The notes beneath the pieces are model-generated. The model searched no databases. It was not told where the DNA came from and saw only the letters and a list, made by a program, of their open reading frames with translations. DNA of 64,000 nucleotides from Actinomycetota bacterium (lineage in GTDB: Bacteria; Actinomycetota; Acidimicrobiia; Acidimicrobiales; Aldehydirespiratoraceae): positions 80,221-144,220 of the forward strand of contig JAPOHW010000006.1 of assembly GCA_029979265.1 (NCBI GenBank), written 5' to 3'. Shown here one piece after another: positions 16,527 to 26,676 of this stretch (its first letter is position 1; the number at the start of each line of letters is the position of its first letter). A program made the position numbers and the translations under genes.

Positions 16527-19241
16527 GTGGCCGATGACCTAGAGCTTCTCGACTCTGCGATCAGGCGCGACATCCGGCGCCTGGGAAGCCAACTGGGCGA
16601 GGCGTTGGTCCGCCAGGTCGGTCCGGATCTGCTCGAACAGGTCGAGGAGATCCGAGCCTTGGCCCGTGCCCTCCGGCACGGCGACGACCACGTCGGCGAT
16701 GCGCTCACCGACTCGCTGCGCAACACACCGGTCGTGCGTGCAATCGAGCTCGTTCGGGCCTTCACGACCTACTTCCACCTGGCCAACACTGCAGAACAGG
16801 TGCACCGCATCGACGATTTGGCCGAAAATCGCACGGCGCGCTCCCAACGCTTCGCCGAGACCGTCAACCGCCTGGTGGCGGACGGCTTCGAGCCGAAGGA
16901 GATTGCTGCGGTGGCCAATCGCGTCCAGCTCTACCCGGTCTTCACGGCCCATCCGACCGAAGCGTCGCGCCGCAGCATCCTCGACAAACTCGCGGAGATC
17001 GCAACGCTCATCGAGCAGCGGGAAACCGAACGAGAGGCGTCGGTGGTTGTGCGCATCGATCGACGGGTTGACGAGCTCCTCGACACGATCTGGCAGACCG
17101 ACGAGCTCCGACGGGAGAAACCCGACCCTGTCGACGAGGCCCGGTCGATCCTCTACTTCCTTGGCGAAATGCTCGAGGCTGGCGTACCCGAGCTCCTGGA
17201 CGACATCGATGCAGCGCTGATGGCGCACGGCTACGAACTCGAACCGCTGAGTCAACCTGTGCGCTTCGGCTCCTGGGTCGGGGGTGATCGAGACGGCAAT
17301 CCGAACGTGACCGCCGAAACGACCTGTGACGTCCTTGCGTTCCAACGCGCACGAGCGCTACGGCTCTTGATCAGCGAGATCGAAGGCCTTTCTGCCGAAC
17401 TCAGTGTTTCCTCCGCAGTGCGGGCGATCTCCGACGAGCTTCAAGCGCAGCTCGATGCCGACGATGAAGCGTTCCCCGAGGTTCGGGAACGTTTTCGGGC
17501 ACTCTCTGCCGGGGAGCCCTACCGTCAGCGTCTCTCGGTGATGCACGAACGACTGCGTTCGGCTTCGGAACATCCGCCCGGCCCTCAGGCCTACACCCGA
17601 CCCGACGAACTCGCCGCCGACCTCGCCGTCATCGCTCGCTCGCTCGAAGCCGCAGGCGGTGAGCTTCTGTCCCGAGGGCGCTTGGCACGCGTGCGTCGCC
17701 TCGTCGGCCTGATCGGCTTTCACCTCGCAACCCTCGACATCCGTCAACACAGTGATGCGCACCATGCGGCGCTGGCCCGGCTGTTCGCTGCAATCGGGAC
17801 CGACTACGCATCGCTCGACAACTCGAGTCGCGCTGCGCTACTCGACGAGGAATTGGCGTCACCTCGTCCGCTTGCGGCACTTCAGACCGGCGACCCCGAC
17901 GAGACCCGACTGCTGTTCGAAGTCATGCGCGAGCGCATGGATCTCTTCGGCGACAACATCATCGAGAGCTACATCATCTCCATGACCCAGGGTGTCGACG
18001 ACATCCTCGCCCCGGCGGTGCTTGCGCGCGACGTCGGCCTTGTCGACCTGTCGGCCGGTGTGGCACGTCTGGGGTTCGTTCCGCTCTTCGAGACCATCGA
18101 CGACCTTCGGGCCGTCGGCGGCGTGCTTCGCCAATTGTTCACGCTGCCGTCCTACCGCACACTCGTTGCGCTGCGCGGCGATGTGCAAGAGGTGATGGTC
18201 GGCTACAGCGACTCCAACAAGGACGGAGGCATCACGACGTCGCAGTGGGAGATCCACAAGGCACTCCGCACGATCGCCGACATCAGTGACGAGTTCGGCA
18301 TCGCCATCACCGTCTTTCACGGACGCGGCGGCACGGTCGGCCGCGGTGGTGGACCGACCCACGCCTCGATTCTTTCCCAGCCGGCTGGCGCTGTTCGGGG
18401 GGCAGTGAAGATCACCGAGCAGGGTGAGGTCATCGCCGACAAGTACGGGCTTCCCGAGATCGCCAATCGGAATCTCGACCTTGCCTTTTCGGCGGTGGTC
18501 GAAGCATCGATCGCCCACCGAACGCCGCGGAGCTCTCCCAGCGACGTCGCTCGCTGGAACGACGTCATGGAGATGATGTCGACCGCCGCCTTCGACTGCT
18601 ATCGCGCCTTCGTCGAGCAGGACGGCCTGGTGGACTACTTCACGACGTCCACGCCGGTCGAGGAGCTCGGGGCGATGAACATCGGCTCGCGGCCCTCTCG
18701 ACGACATGGCAGCAACCGGCTCTCGGATCTTCGCGCCATCCCCTGGGTGTTCGGCTGGACCCAGTCACGCCAGATCATCCCTGGCTGGTTCGGTGTCGGC
18801 ACCGCCCTGCGGACCGCAGTGGATGCCGGACACGGCGATGATCTCTCCCAGATGTACGAGCAATGGCAGTTCTTCCGCACGTTCATCTCGAATGTCGAGA
18901 TGACACTTGCGAACACCGGTCTGGCGATCGCCCGCCACTATGTGACGAACCTCGTCGCGCCATCGTTGCGTGGGATTTTCGATCAGGTCGTCACCGAACA
19001 CACCGCCACGGTCGACCAGCTGCACCGACTCACGGGGGGCGTGTTGCTCGACGATCTGCCAATCCTGCGACGAACCCTCGCCGTCCGCGACATCTATCTC
19101 GACCCGATCAACCTCCTCCAGGTCGATCTCCTGGCCAGAAGCCGGGCCGGTTCGGCCGACGACGCCGAGCAAGCGCGGTTGCAGCGGGCACTGCTCTTGA
19201 CGATCAACGGGGTGGCGGCAGGACTTCGCAACACCGGTTGA
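16527..19241 (+). CDS. ppc: Phosphoenolpyruvate carboxylase
   Basis: 904 aa. It has VFTAHPTE, GYSDSNKDGG, FHGRGGTVGRGGGP and the C-terminal GLRNTG. Confidence 0.95.
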   Translation: MADDLELLDSAIRRDIRRLGSQLGEALVRQVGPDLLEQVEEIRALARALRHGDDHVGDALTDSLRNTPVVRAIELVRAFTTYFHLANTAEQVHRIDDLAENRTARSQRFAETVNRLVADGFEPKEIAAVANRVQLYPVFTAHPTEASRRSILDKLAEIATLIEQRETEREASVVVRIDRRVDELLDTIWQTDELRREKPDPVDEARSILYFLGEMLEAGVPELLDDIDAALMAHGYELEPLSQPVRFGSWVGGDRDGNPNVTAETTCDVLAFQRARALRLLISEIEGLSAELSVSSAVRAISDELQAQLDADDEAFPEVRERFRALSAGEPYRQRLSVMHERLRSASEHPPGPQAYTRPDELAADLAVIARSLEAAGGELLSRGRLARVRRLVGLIGFHLATLDIRQHSDAHHAALARLFAAIGTDYASLDNSSRAALLDEELASPRPLAALQTGDPDETRLLFEVMRERMDLFGDNIIESYIISMTQGVDDILAPAVLARDVGLVDLSAGVARLGFVPLFETIDDLRAVGGVLRQLFTLPSYRTLVALRGDVQEVMVGYSDSNKDGGITTSQWEIHKALRTIADISDEFGIAITVFHGRGGTVGRGGGPTHASILSQPAGAVRGAVKITEQGEVIADKYGLPEIANRNLDLAFSAVVEASIAHRTPRSSPSDVARWNDVMEMMSTAAFDCYRAFVEQDGLVDYFTTSTPVEELGAMNIGSRPSRRHGSNRLSDLRAIPWVFGWTQSRQIIPGWFGVGTALRTAVDAGHGDDLSQMYEQWQFFRTFISNVEMTLANTGLAIARHYVTNLVAPSLRGIFDQVVTEHTATVDQLHRLTGGVLLDDLPILRRTLAVRDIYLDPINLLQVDLLARSRAGSADDAEQARLQRALLLTINGVAAGLRNTG

Positions 19242-19246
19242 GCACA

Positions 19247-20047
19247 TCACTTCCGCTGGAAGTTCGGGGCGCGTTTCTCGGTGAATGCCCGAGGTCCTTC
19301 TTTGGCGTCCTCGGAACGCATGACCTCATCCGCGTAGTGCGCCTCATGGGCCCACGCCTCCGCCTCGGTCATCCCAGACGTCTCGTGCATGGTTCGCAGG
19401 ACCGCTTCGACGGCAAGTGGGCCATTGGACGCAACGATCTCGGCGACCTCCATCGCATGGTCGAATGCAGTCCCGTCGGGCACGATCCGACTGATCAGGC
19501 CCATCGCCTTCGCCTCGGTGGCGGTGATGTGTTTTCCGGTGAGGAGGATGTCGGCTGCTTCCGCATATCCGATCTGACGTGGAAGTCGGACCGGTGACCC
19601 GCCCCCCGGATACAGCGACCAGCGGACTTCCGACACCCCGAACGTGGCCGACTCGGCTGCAACCCGGATGTCGGTACCTTGGAGAATCTCCGTACCACCG
19701 GCAATCGCCACCCCCTCGACGGCCGCGATGATCGGCTTCGTCGGACGATAGGTCTTGGTCAGGCCCTCATAGATCCAGGCTGCTCCATGCTCGGCCATTG
19801 CGCCGGCGACATCCCAGTCGTCCCCGTCGTCACTGTCACCAGCAAGGCTCCTGAGATCCATCCCCGCACTGAAGTCTCCCCCGGCACCTGTCAAGACGAT
19901 GCACCTGATGGAGTCGTCGCTGCTCGCCTCCCTCCATGCATCGCGCATTCGGCCGAACATCGGCAAGGTCATGGCGTTCTTGCGCTGCGGTCGGTTCATG
20001 GTCGCGATCATCACGTGACCGCGCTGCTCGACGAGAAGATCAGGCAT
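19247..20047 (-). CDS. Enoyl-CoA hydratase/isomerase (crotonase family)
   Basis: [23 protein letters not shown]...FSAGMDL...[15 protein letters not shown] fits the crotonase pattern. I start it at ATG 20047. The longer GTG start at 20113 is not excluded. Confidence 0.8.
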   Translation of the reverse strand: MPDLLVEQRGHVMIATMNRPQRKNAMTLPMFGRMRDAWREASSDDSIRCIVLTGAGGDFSAGMDLRSLAGDSDDGDDWDVAGAMAEHGAAWIYEGLTKTYRPTKPIIAAVEGVAIAGGTEILQGTDIRVAAESATFGVSEVRWSLYPGGGSPVRLPRQIGYAEAADILLTGKHITATEAKAMGLISRIVPDGTAFDHAMEVAEIVASNGPLAVEAVLRTMHETSGMTEAEAWAHEAHYADEVMRSEDAKEGPRAFTEKRAPNFQRK

Positions 20048-20143
20048 CCATGGACGGTATGCCTCTGCGATGGGCCCTACCAAACGACGTGGGCGTTTCG
20101 GGACAACCGGCACGGAGACCGAACCACCCTGCGTCGAGGGACG

Positions 20144-21493
20144 TCACGAGGCTCGAGCCGGACCCGCCTCACGCCCGTCGACTGGACCGAAGAACTGCCC
20201 AGCCGCTTTCTGGATGCCATACCCCCACGTCGGGTACGCATGCACCGTTTGTGCCAGACGACCGGTGAAGCCGCCCAAGCGCATGAGGAGCGCCACCTCG
20301 TTGATCATCTCACCGGCTCGGGGCGCCACGATCGTTGCGCCAATGATCCGCCCACCGAAGACGCGACGAGAGACGAGCTTCGGGCCAGCGATCAGCTTGA
20401 TGAAACCCTCCTCGGCACCGTCGGTGATGGCTCGATCCATCTCGCGCAACGGAAGGTACGCAACCCGGCCACCCATCGCCGCCGCTTCGGCCTCGGTCAC
20501 CCCGATGCGAGCGACCTCGGGTGCCGTGAACGTGACCCAGGGTGTGCGATCGGTCCGGTAGCGACCGCCATAGCCTTTCCCAAGCGCATTGCTGGCGGCC
20601 ATGCGTCCCATCTCGTCGGCAGCATGGGTGAACAACAACGTCCCAGTGACATCTCCGGCCGCGTACACACCTCGCAGCGAGGTCCGGAGCCGGGCATCGG
20701 TTGCAATGAACCCACGGTCGTCGACCGCCACTCCGAGTTCGTCGAGTGCAAGGCCCCCCGTGTTCGCAACCCGTCCCACTGCGACCAAGAGCGCCTCGAC
20801 CTCCACCGAGTCGGTCGCCGTGTGCACGCGGATTGCGCTGTCGACCCGCTCGACCGACGTCGCGGTTCGCACATCGACACCCAGCACCCCGAGTGCGGAC
20901 TCGATGATCGATGACGCCTCGGGCTCCTCACGGGGAAGCAATCGGGTCGAGGCCTCGAACAGCGTGACCGAGGTCCCGAGGCGGGCGAATGCCTCAGCCA
21001 TCTCGCATCCGATCGGGCCCCCACCGATGATCGCGAGCGTCGCAGGTTGCCGATCGAGCGCAAACAGTGTCTCGTTGGTCTGCACGTCGACAGTGTCGAT
21101 GCCGGCGATCAGCGGGAGCGACGGGCGCCCACCCGTTGCGATCACGATACGGGGGGCAGTGATCCGCTGCTCCCCCACGACGACGGTGTCGTGCGTGGCG
21201 AGCGAGGCCCGACCCTCGATGACTTCGATACCCGAGGAGCGAAGAACATCGCTCGACTCGGTTGCGGCGACGCGCTCGACCGTCGAACGCACCCGAGCCA
21301 TGGCGTCCACGAATCCCATGCCGTCGCGAGCAGCACTGAGCAACGTCTTCGACGGAATACAGCCGGTGAACGTGCAATCGCCGCCGGGGGGGCCGTCGGT
21401 GATCAGCAACGTATCGGCGTTGCTCCACTGCCCAGCCCGCGCAGCACCCAACCCGGCCGCACCCCCACCGATGATGATCAGATCGTGATCCAC
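20144..21493 (-). CDS. Class I pyridine nucleotide-disulfide oxidoreductase (Lpd/mercuric-reductase-like flavoprotein)
   Basis: 449 aa. It has the FAD motif IIIGGGAAG, the redox disulfide GGDCTFTGCIPSK, the second Rossmann motif IIGGGPIGCE and a C-terminal HAYPTW dimer-interface motif. Confidence 0.85.
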   Translation of the reverse strand: MDHDLIIIGGGAAGLGAARAGQWSNADTLLITDGPPGGDCTFTGCIPSKTLLSAARDGMGFVDAMARVRSTVERVAATESSDVLRSSGIEVIEGRASLATHDTVVVGEQRITAPRIVIATGGRPSLPLIAGIDTVDVQTNETLFALDRQPATLAIIGGGPIGCEMAEAFARLGTSVTLFEASTRLLPREEPEASSIIESALGVLGVDVRTATSVERVDSAIRVHTATDSVEVEALLVAVGRVANTGGLALDELGVAVDDRGFIATDARLRTSLRGVYAAGDVTGTLLFTHAADEMGRMAASNALGKGYGGRYRTDRTPWVTFTAPEVARIGVTEAEAAAMGGRVAYLPLREMDRAITDGAEEGFIKLIAGPKLVSRRVFGGRIIGATIVAPRAGEMINEVALLMRLGGFTGRLAQTVHAYPTWGYGIQKAAGQFFGPVDGREAGPARAS

Positions 21494-21556
21494 AGCCCAG
21501 CCACCAGGTCAAGCCTTTCCGGACCCATGCTGACAGACCGCAGGTTGACGTGCGTG

Positions 21557-22333
21557 TCAGGCGTCGAGCGCAACACGAAAGTCGTGCACCAGTTCGGCGA
21601 CACCCTCGGGCCCGGCACCATCGAGCATGCGCTGGACGATCGCAGAGCCGACAACTGCGCCATCGGCAACCGCGCTGACCTCGACCGCCTGCGCTGGTGT
21701 ACCAACCCCGACACCGACGAGTACCGGCTTCTCGGTGATGGCTTTCACTCGCCCCGCAATCTCGAGAGCCGACGCAGCGAGATCGGCCCGTACACCGGTG
21801 ATCCCGAGTAGCCCGACCGCATAGACAAATCCGCCAGCCCGCTCCGCAATCCGAGGCAGACGCTCGTCCGGGGAGGTCGGAGCGGCGAACATCACCGTCT
21901 CGACGACTGCATCATCTGCCGCCTGCGTCCACTCGTCGGCTTCCTCGAGCGGGATGTCGGGAAGGATGCACCCACTGACACCCGAGGCACGGAGTTCGTT
22001 CATGAACCGTTCCCACCCCATGCGGTAGGCAACGTTTGCATAGGTCATGACCGCCATCGGGACACCGATATCGGCGTCACGAAGTGCGTCGAGAATCCGT
22101 TGCGGTGTCGTACCCGCCTCGAGCGAACGATCGTTGGCTGCTTGGATCGTGGGCCCATCCATGACTGGGTCGCTGAACGGCACACCGATCTCGATCGCAT
22201 CTGCACCCGCATCGGCGACGGCCATGACGGTCTCGAGCCAGTCGTCACCCAGCCCACCGGTGAGGTACGGCACAAGGCACTTGCCACCATCGCTGCGACG
22301 GGCACGCAGTGCCGTCTCGATGGCACCTGTCAC
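21557..22333 (-). CDS. trpA: Tryptophan synthase alpha chain
   Basis: CLVPYLTGG...[18 protein letters not shown]...[13 protein letters not shown] fits TrpA. GTG 22333 overlaps the trpB stop (GTGA). Confidence 0.9.
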   Translation of the reverse strand: MTGAIETALRARRSDGGKCLVPYLTGGLGDDWLETVMAVADAGADAIEIGVPFSDPVMDGPTIQAANDRSLEAGTTPQRILDALRDADIGVPMAVMTYANVAYRMGWERFMNELRASGVSGCILPDIPLEEADEWTQAADDAVVETVMFAAPTSPDERLPRIAERAGGFVYAVGLLGITGVRADLAASALEIAGRVKAITEKPVLVGVGVGTPAQAVEVSAVADGAVVGSAIVQRMLDGAGPEGVAELVHDFRVALDA

Positions 22334-23484
22334 TGGAGGATGTCCATCATCTGATTCACATCTTTGTCGCCGCGACCACTGAGGTTGATCAGAACGGACT
22401 TGCCCTGGAATTCGTCCTTTGCCTTTGCGATCCATGCAATGGCGTGGGCCGACTCGAGCGCCGGAATGATCCCCTCCGTGCGCGAAAGGAGCTGGAACGC
22501 CTCCACGACCTCAGCATCGCTGACCGGTTCGTAGCGGGCCCGCCCACTGGCTGCGAGATGCGCATGTTCCGGGCCGATGCCCGGGTAGTCGAGTCCGGCG
22601 GAGATCGACTCCGCCTCGAGTACCTGTCCCCACTCGTCCTGCATCAGATAACTCTTCGAGCCGTGCACGATCCCAGGGACCGCTCTCCCGACGGCTGCAC
22701 CGCCGGCCGGTTCGGCCCCGACCAGGACGGCGTCGGTGTCGGCGAAACCGGCGAAAATGCCTGCCGCATTGGACCCGCCCCCCACGCAGGCGACCACGAC
22801 GTCGGGCGCGCCACCGAGAAGCGCCTGGCACTGTTCACGCGCCTCATCTCCGATGACCCGATGAAATTCACGCACCATCCAGGGGTAGGGGTGCGGACCC
22901 ATGACCGAGCCGAGGCAATAGTGGGTGTCTTGCACCGCCGAAACCCAGTACCGCATGGCCTCGTTCACCGCATCTTTGAGGGTCTGTGATCCGCTCTCGG
23001 CGGCAACAACCTCGGAACCGAGCAGCTTCATCCGGAACACGTTGAGCTTTTGGCGTTCGATGTCGACCGTGCCCATGTAGACCACGCACTCCATGTCGAA
23101 CAGTGCCGCCGCAGTTGCAGTGGCGACCCCGTGCTGGCCGGCACCGGTCTCGGCGACGAGTCTCGTCTTTCCCATTCGCTTCGCAAGAAGCGCTTGACCG
23201 AGCACGTTGTTGATCTTGTGGCTGCCCGTGTGATTGAGATCTTCCCGCTTGAGCAGGATCCGGCAACCCAGTTCCTCGCTGAGGTTGGCGCACTCGGTCA
23301 GTGGTGACGGGCGCCCGGCATAGGTCGTCAGGAGATGATCGAGCTCGGAACGAAACGTCGGGTCTGTCCATGCCTCACGAAAGGCCTTGTCGAGCTCGAT
23401 GCACGCTGGAATGAGGGTCTCCGGGACGTACATGCCCCCGAAGTCGCCGAAGCGTCCTGTTGCCGTTGGGTCGGTCATGGTCAT
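22330..23484 (-). CDS. trpB: Tryptophan synthase beta chain
   Basis: [31 protein letters not shown] (PLP lysine) and GGGSNAAG are present. Confidence 0.95.
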   Translation of the reverse strand: MTMTDPTATGRFGDFGGMYVPETLIPACIELDKAFREAWTDPTFRSELDHLLTTYAGRPSPLTECANLSEELGCRILLKREDLNHTGSHKINNVLGQALLAKRMGKTRLVAETGAGQHGVATATAAALFDMECVVYMGTVDIERQKLNVFRMKLLGSEVVAAESGSQTLKDAVNEAMRYWVSAVQDTHYCLGSVMGPHPYPWMVREFHRVIGDEAREQCQALLGGAPDVVVACVGGGSNAAGIFAGFADTDAVLVGAEPAGGAAVGRAVPGIVHGSKSYLMQDEWGQVLEAESISAGLDYPGIGPEHAHLAASGRARYEPVSDAEVVEAFQLLSRTEGIIPALESAHAIAWIAKAKDEFQGKSVLINLSGRGDKDVNQMMDILQ

Positions 23485-24167
23485 GACAAGAAATCCTCTT
23501 CCCAGTTGTAGGGAGCCTGAGGGGAATACGACGCGTCACCGTCCACCGGAGGCAGGCGCTCGCCGGCCGTCTTTGCGGTGGCGATGAACTCACGCATCTT
23601 GACTGCGTCCTTGCGTCCTGGCGCCGACTCCACGCCGGTGGCGACGTCCACTCCCCAGGGTTGTACCCGTTCGATGGCATCGTCGACGTTGCCCACATGA
23701 AGCCCTCCCGCCAACAGCACCCGATGCCCTGCAGTCGGCGCGCTTTCGGCGAGGCTCCAGTCGAAGACCTCGCCACTGCCGGGCTCGGCTCCGTCGATCA
23801 TCACGACGTCGGCTCCGAAGTCGGCCAGGCGACCGAGTCCGGGATGTCCAGCCGGAAAGGCTTTGATCACGATCGGGATGAGCGAGCGCACGTGCCGGGT
23901 CTGCTCCGCAGACTCATTGCCGTGGAGTTGGGCAGCCCGGAGCCCGGCTCGCTGTGTGAGTTCGACGACCCGACCCGGAAGCTCGTCCCGGAAGATCCCG
24001 ACGGTCAGCGTCTCCGCTGGGAGCCGGCGAACGATCTCACGCGCCCGGTCGGGTGCAATCTGTCGAGTGGAACCGTTGACGAAATTGAACCCCAGCGCAT
24101 CAGCTCCGAGGGCGACAGCGAGCAAGGCATCTTCCTCGGTCGTCACACCACAGATCTTCACGAACAC
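23481..24167 (-). CDS. trpF: N-(5'-phosphoribosyl)anthranilate isomerase
   Basis: [14 protein letters not shown]...[10 protein letters not shown]...AQLHGNE...GSGEVFDWS...[11 protein letters not shown]...GVDVATGVE fits TrpF. Its stop overlaps the trpB start (ATGA). Confidence 0.85.
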   Translation of the reverse strand: MFVKICGVTTEEDALLAVALGADALGFNFVNGSTRQIAPDRAREIVRRLPAETLTVGIFRDELPGRVVELTQRAGLRAAQLHGNESAEQTRHVRSLIPIVIKAFPAGHPGLGRLADFGADVVMIDGAEPGSGEVFDWSLAESAPTAGHRVLLAGGLHVGNVDDAIERVQPWGVDVATGVESAPGRKDAVKMREFIATAKTAGERLPPVDGDASYSPQAPYNWEEDFLS

Positions 24168-24228
24168 CTCGATGACGCTACCCGGAGTCAGCCGTCTTGG
24201 GATCGGCTTTCCTCGGCAACTCCAGTGG

Positions 24229-25014
24229 TCAGTCGAGGCCGCGGAGCCGGCGTATCTCCGATGCGGGATCGCTGCTTCTCACCAACATCTCACCGACCAA
24301 CAAGGCGTGATAGCCAGCTGTGGCCAGCGCTGCAGCGTCGCTCGCATCTCGCACACCGGACTCGGCGACTCGGACGACACCGGATGGAATCTGGGGTGCC
24401 AAGCGCACCGCCCGCTGCTGGTCGACCGCAAACGTCACGAGGTCGCGTTGGTTGACCCCGATCAAGTCACCATCGGCGGTGAGTGCCCGTTCGAGCTCCG
24501 CCTCATCGTGGATCTCGATGAGGGCATCGAGACCGACTTCGTTGGCGAGCGCACGAAAATCGCGCAGCTCTGCGTCGTCGAGGGCGGCCGCAATCAGTAA
24601 CACGCAGTCGGCCCCCATGAGCCGAGCGTCGACCACGTCGCGGGCATCGACGGTGAAGTCTTTGCGGATGACCGGGAGCGAGGCGGCAGTCCGCGCCGTC
24701 CGCAGGTCCGCGACCGAACCACCGAACCACTGCTCATCTGTCAGGACAGAGAGACACGTTGCGCCCCCTCGTTCATAGGTGCTGGCAAGCAGACCGGGGT
24801 CGAGGTCAGCGAACAGATCTCCCTTCGACGGGGAGCGTCTCTTGATCTCGCTGATGATCGCGACTCCCTCGGACGCAGCCGTCAGCGCGGAGCGGAAGCC
24901 GCGAGTCGGGTCGAGATCCGCTACGTCCTCGAGAAGCGAATCAAGACTTCGAACGTCGGCCCGTGCCGCTGTTCGATGCGCTTCGAGGATGCGATCGAGG
25001 TAGGTCGCTGGCAG
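24229..25014 (-). CDS. trpC: Indole-3-glycerol-phosphate synthase (start codon non-canonical; provisional CTG at 25014)
   Basis: My hand translation from the TGA at 25020-25018 gives TLPATYLDRILEAHR...SEIKRRSPSKG...VIRKDF...NQRDL...ESG, a full IGPS. There is no in-frame ATG/GTG/TTG before 24636. See the first finding. Confidence 0.8.
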   Translation of the reverse strand: MPATYLDRILEAHRTAARADVRSLDSLLEDVADLDPTRGFRSALTAASEGVAIISEIKRRSPSKGDLFADLDPGLLASTYERGGATCLSVLTDEQWFGGSVADLRTARTAASLPVIRKDFTVDARDVVDARLMGADCVLLIAAALDDAELRDFRALANEVGLDALIEIHDEAELERALTADGDLIGVNQRDLVTFAVDQQRAVRLAPQIPSGVVRVAESGVRDASDAAALATAGYHALLVGEMLVRSSDPASEIRRLRGLD

Positions 25015-25017
25015 GGT

Positions 25018-25323
25018 TCAGAGACCCTTTCCGGTGGCGGGGGTGAGACTGATCAGCTCGGGTGCACCGCCGAGGAGGTCGCCGATCGCAGTCTGAAACG
25101 CCTTCATGGCATCGGTCCCGCCGTGGAGCTTCAGCGAATCGACATCTCGGTAGAGCTCGTAGATGTAGGCGACGTTGTCGTCTTTGCGGTCGAAGTGAAG
25201 GATGTAGATCTCGGTTCCCGCCTCCTGTGCCACCTGGGCATTCATGGCGTCGTACGCAGTCAGAAAGGCGTCGCGGGCGCCTTCTTTCAGCGGAAGTTTG
25301 GCAATCATCGCAGTTTTCGACAT
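25018..25323 (-). CDS. Antibiotic-biosynthesis-monooxygenase (ABM) domain protein
   Basis: 101 aa with an ATG start. IAKLPLKEG...EIYILHFDRKDDNVAYIYELYRDVDSLKLH has the ferredoxin-like ABM pattern. Confidence 0.65.
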   Translation of the reverse strand: MSKTAMIAKLPLKEGARDAFLTAYDAMNAQVAQEAGTEIYILHFDRKDDNVAYIYELYRDVDSLKLHGGTDAMKAFQTAIGDLLGGAPELISLTPATGKGL

Positions 25324-25360
25324 GGTCGAAGGCTAGGGCTCGGCGTACCGAACGCGCGAA

Positions 25361-25927
25361 TCAGGCACCGGTACGTCGCTCGCCACGCGCAGCTCGGCCG
25401 AGCGCAACGATGGGAGCCGCAACGAGCAGGAGTACGCCTGCCACCACGATCGACACCACACCGAGGCCGATCACCTGTCCCGTCCCGAGGATCGCGCCGA
25501 ACAGAATCGAAGACAGTCCGCCGAGCAACAGCACGGCTGGCGCAACCGTGAGCCACCTCGGCAACGCACTGTCGGTGATTGGCCGATCATCGGCATCGTC
25601 GAACGCCTCGTCAGGACCGTCGTCGAAGGGTCGAAAGGCGTCCCCGCTGTGACGGGACCGGTGGTGCCGGGGTGTGGGCTGTGGTGCCGCAGCTCTGAGC
25701 CGTTGCCGGTCGTACGCAGCCCGTTCGTCCGGATCCCCGAGCACAGCCCACGCCTCATTGATGCGGCGCATGCGGTCCTCAGCCGCGCGACGGGATGATT
25801 CCGAGTCGTGGTGGAGGTCGGGGTGAGCGGTTCGCGCCGCCATGAGGTAGGCCCGCCTGATCTCGGCCATCGATGCCTCGGGGGCAACGCCGAGAACCTG
25901 GTAGTGCTTGGAGCTACGGCCGTTCAC
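25361..25927 (-). CDS. J-domain (DnaJ-like) membrane protein
   Basis: The N-terminal J domain is HYQVLGVAPEASMAEIRRAYLMAARTAHPDLH (HPD motif). The C-terminus has two hydrophobic segments (LTVAPAVLLLGGLSSILFGAIL, IGLGVVSIVVAGVLLLVAAPIV). Confidence 0.75.
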   Translation of the reverse strand: MNGRSSKHYQVLGVAPEASMAEIRRAYLMAARTAHPDLHHDSESSRRAAEDRMRRINEAWAVLGDPDERAAYDRQRLRAAAPQPTPRHHRSRHSGDAFRPFDDGPDEAFDDADDRPITDSALPRWLTVAPAVLLLGGLSSILFGAILGTGQVIGLGVVSIVVAGVLLLVAAPIVALGRAARGERRTGA

Positions 25928-25964
25928 GAATCGAACGGTACTTGTTCACGGTTCGCTAACACCT

Positions 25965-26675
25965 GTGAGCGAAGATGAGTGGGTGAGCGAAGAACCCGTC
26001 ATCGTCGTCGTCGAAGACGATCCCAACATCGCCGACCTGGTGGAGCTCTATCTGCGGCGTGACGGCTACCGGCCGTATCAGGCACCGACCGGTGAGCGAG
26101 CGCTAGAGATCGTTGCCCTCCGCCGGCCCAAGCTGGTGATACTCGACATCGGACTTCCCGGAGAACTCGACGGCATCGATGTCTGTCGCAGTGTCCGTGC
26201 CGAATCCGACGTTCCGATCATCTTCCTCACCGCACGCGACGACGAGGTCGACCGCGTGCTCGGACTCGAACTCGGCGCCGACGACTACGTGACGAAGCCG
26301 TTCAGCCCCCGTGAACTCGTGGCTCGGGTGAAGGCAATCTTGCGACGCACCGAGGCGGCCGCACTGGCCCGCAATGACGAGCGGCCCGAACCGATCGATC
26401 TCGGCGCCGACATCATCGTTGACTCGGCCCGACGAGAGGTGACCGTCGGTGGTGCAGCCGTTGCACTTGCGACTCGAGAGTTCGACTTGCTCCTGCATCT
26501 GAGCACGAACCGAGGGCTGGCGCTCTCGCGCCGACAGTTGCTCGATTCCGTCTGGGGCGACGGCTGGATCGGTGACGATCGCACCGTCGACGTTCACGTG
26601 CGGCAACTGCGAAAGAAGCTCGGCGATGGACTCGTGCTCGAGACCGTCTGGGGCGTCGGATACCGGCTCGACTGA
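25965..26675 (+). CDS. OmpR-family response regulator
   Basis: The receiver is VIVVVEDDPNIADL...LVILDIGLPG...DDYVTKPFSPREL and the winged-helix output is REFDLLLHL...VDVHVRQLRKKL...VWGVGYRL. The start is uncertain (GTG 25965 or 25983). Confidence 0.85.
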   Translation: MSEDEWVSEEPVIVVVEDDPNIADLVELYLRRDGYRPYQAPTGERALEIVALRRPKLVILDIGLPGELDGIDVCRSVRAESDVPIIFLTARDDEVDRVLGLELGADDYVTKPFSPRELVARVKAILRRTEAAALARNDERPEPIDLGADIIVDSARREVTVGGAAVALATREFDLLLHLSTNRGLALSRRQLLDSVWGDGWIGDDRTVDVHVRQLRKKLGDGLVLETVWGVGYRLD

Positions 26676-26676
26676 C

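Noticed and set aside
22124-22136. LexA-like site CGAACGATCGTTG
   Set aside because: It has one mismatch in the GTTC arm and lies deep inside the trpA coding sequence with no promoter context. It is most likely a chance match.
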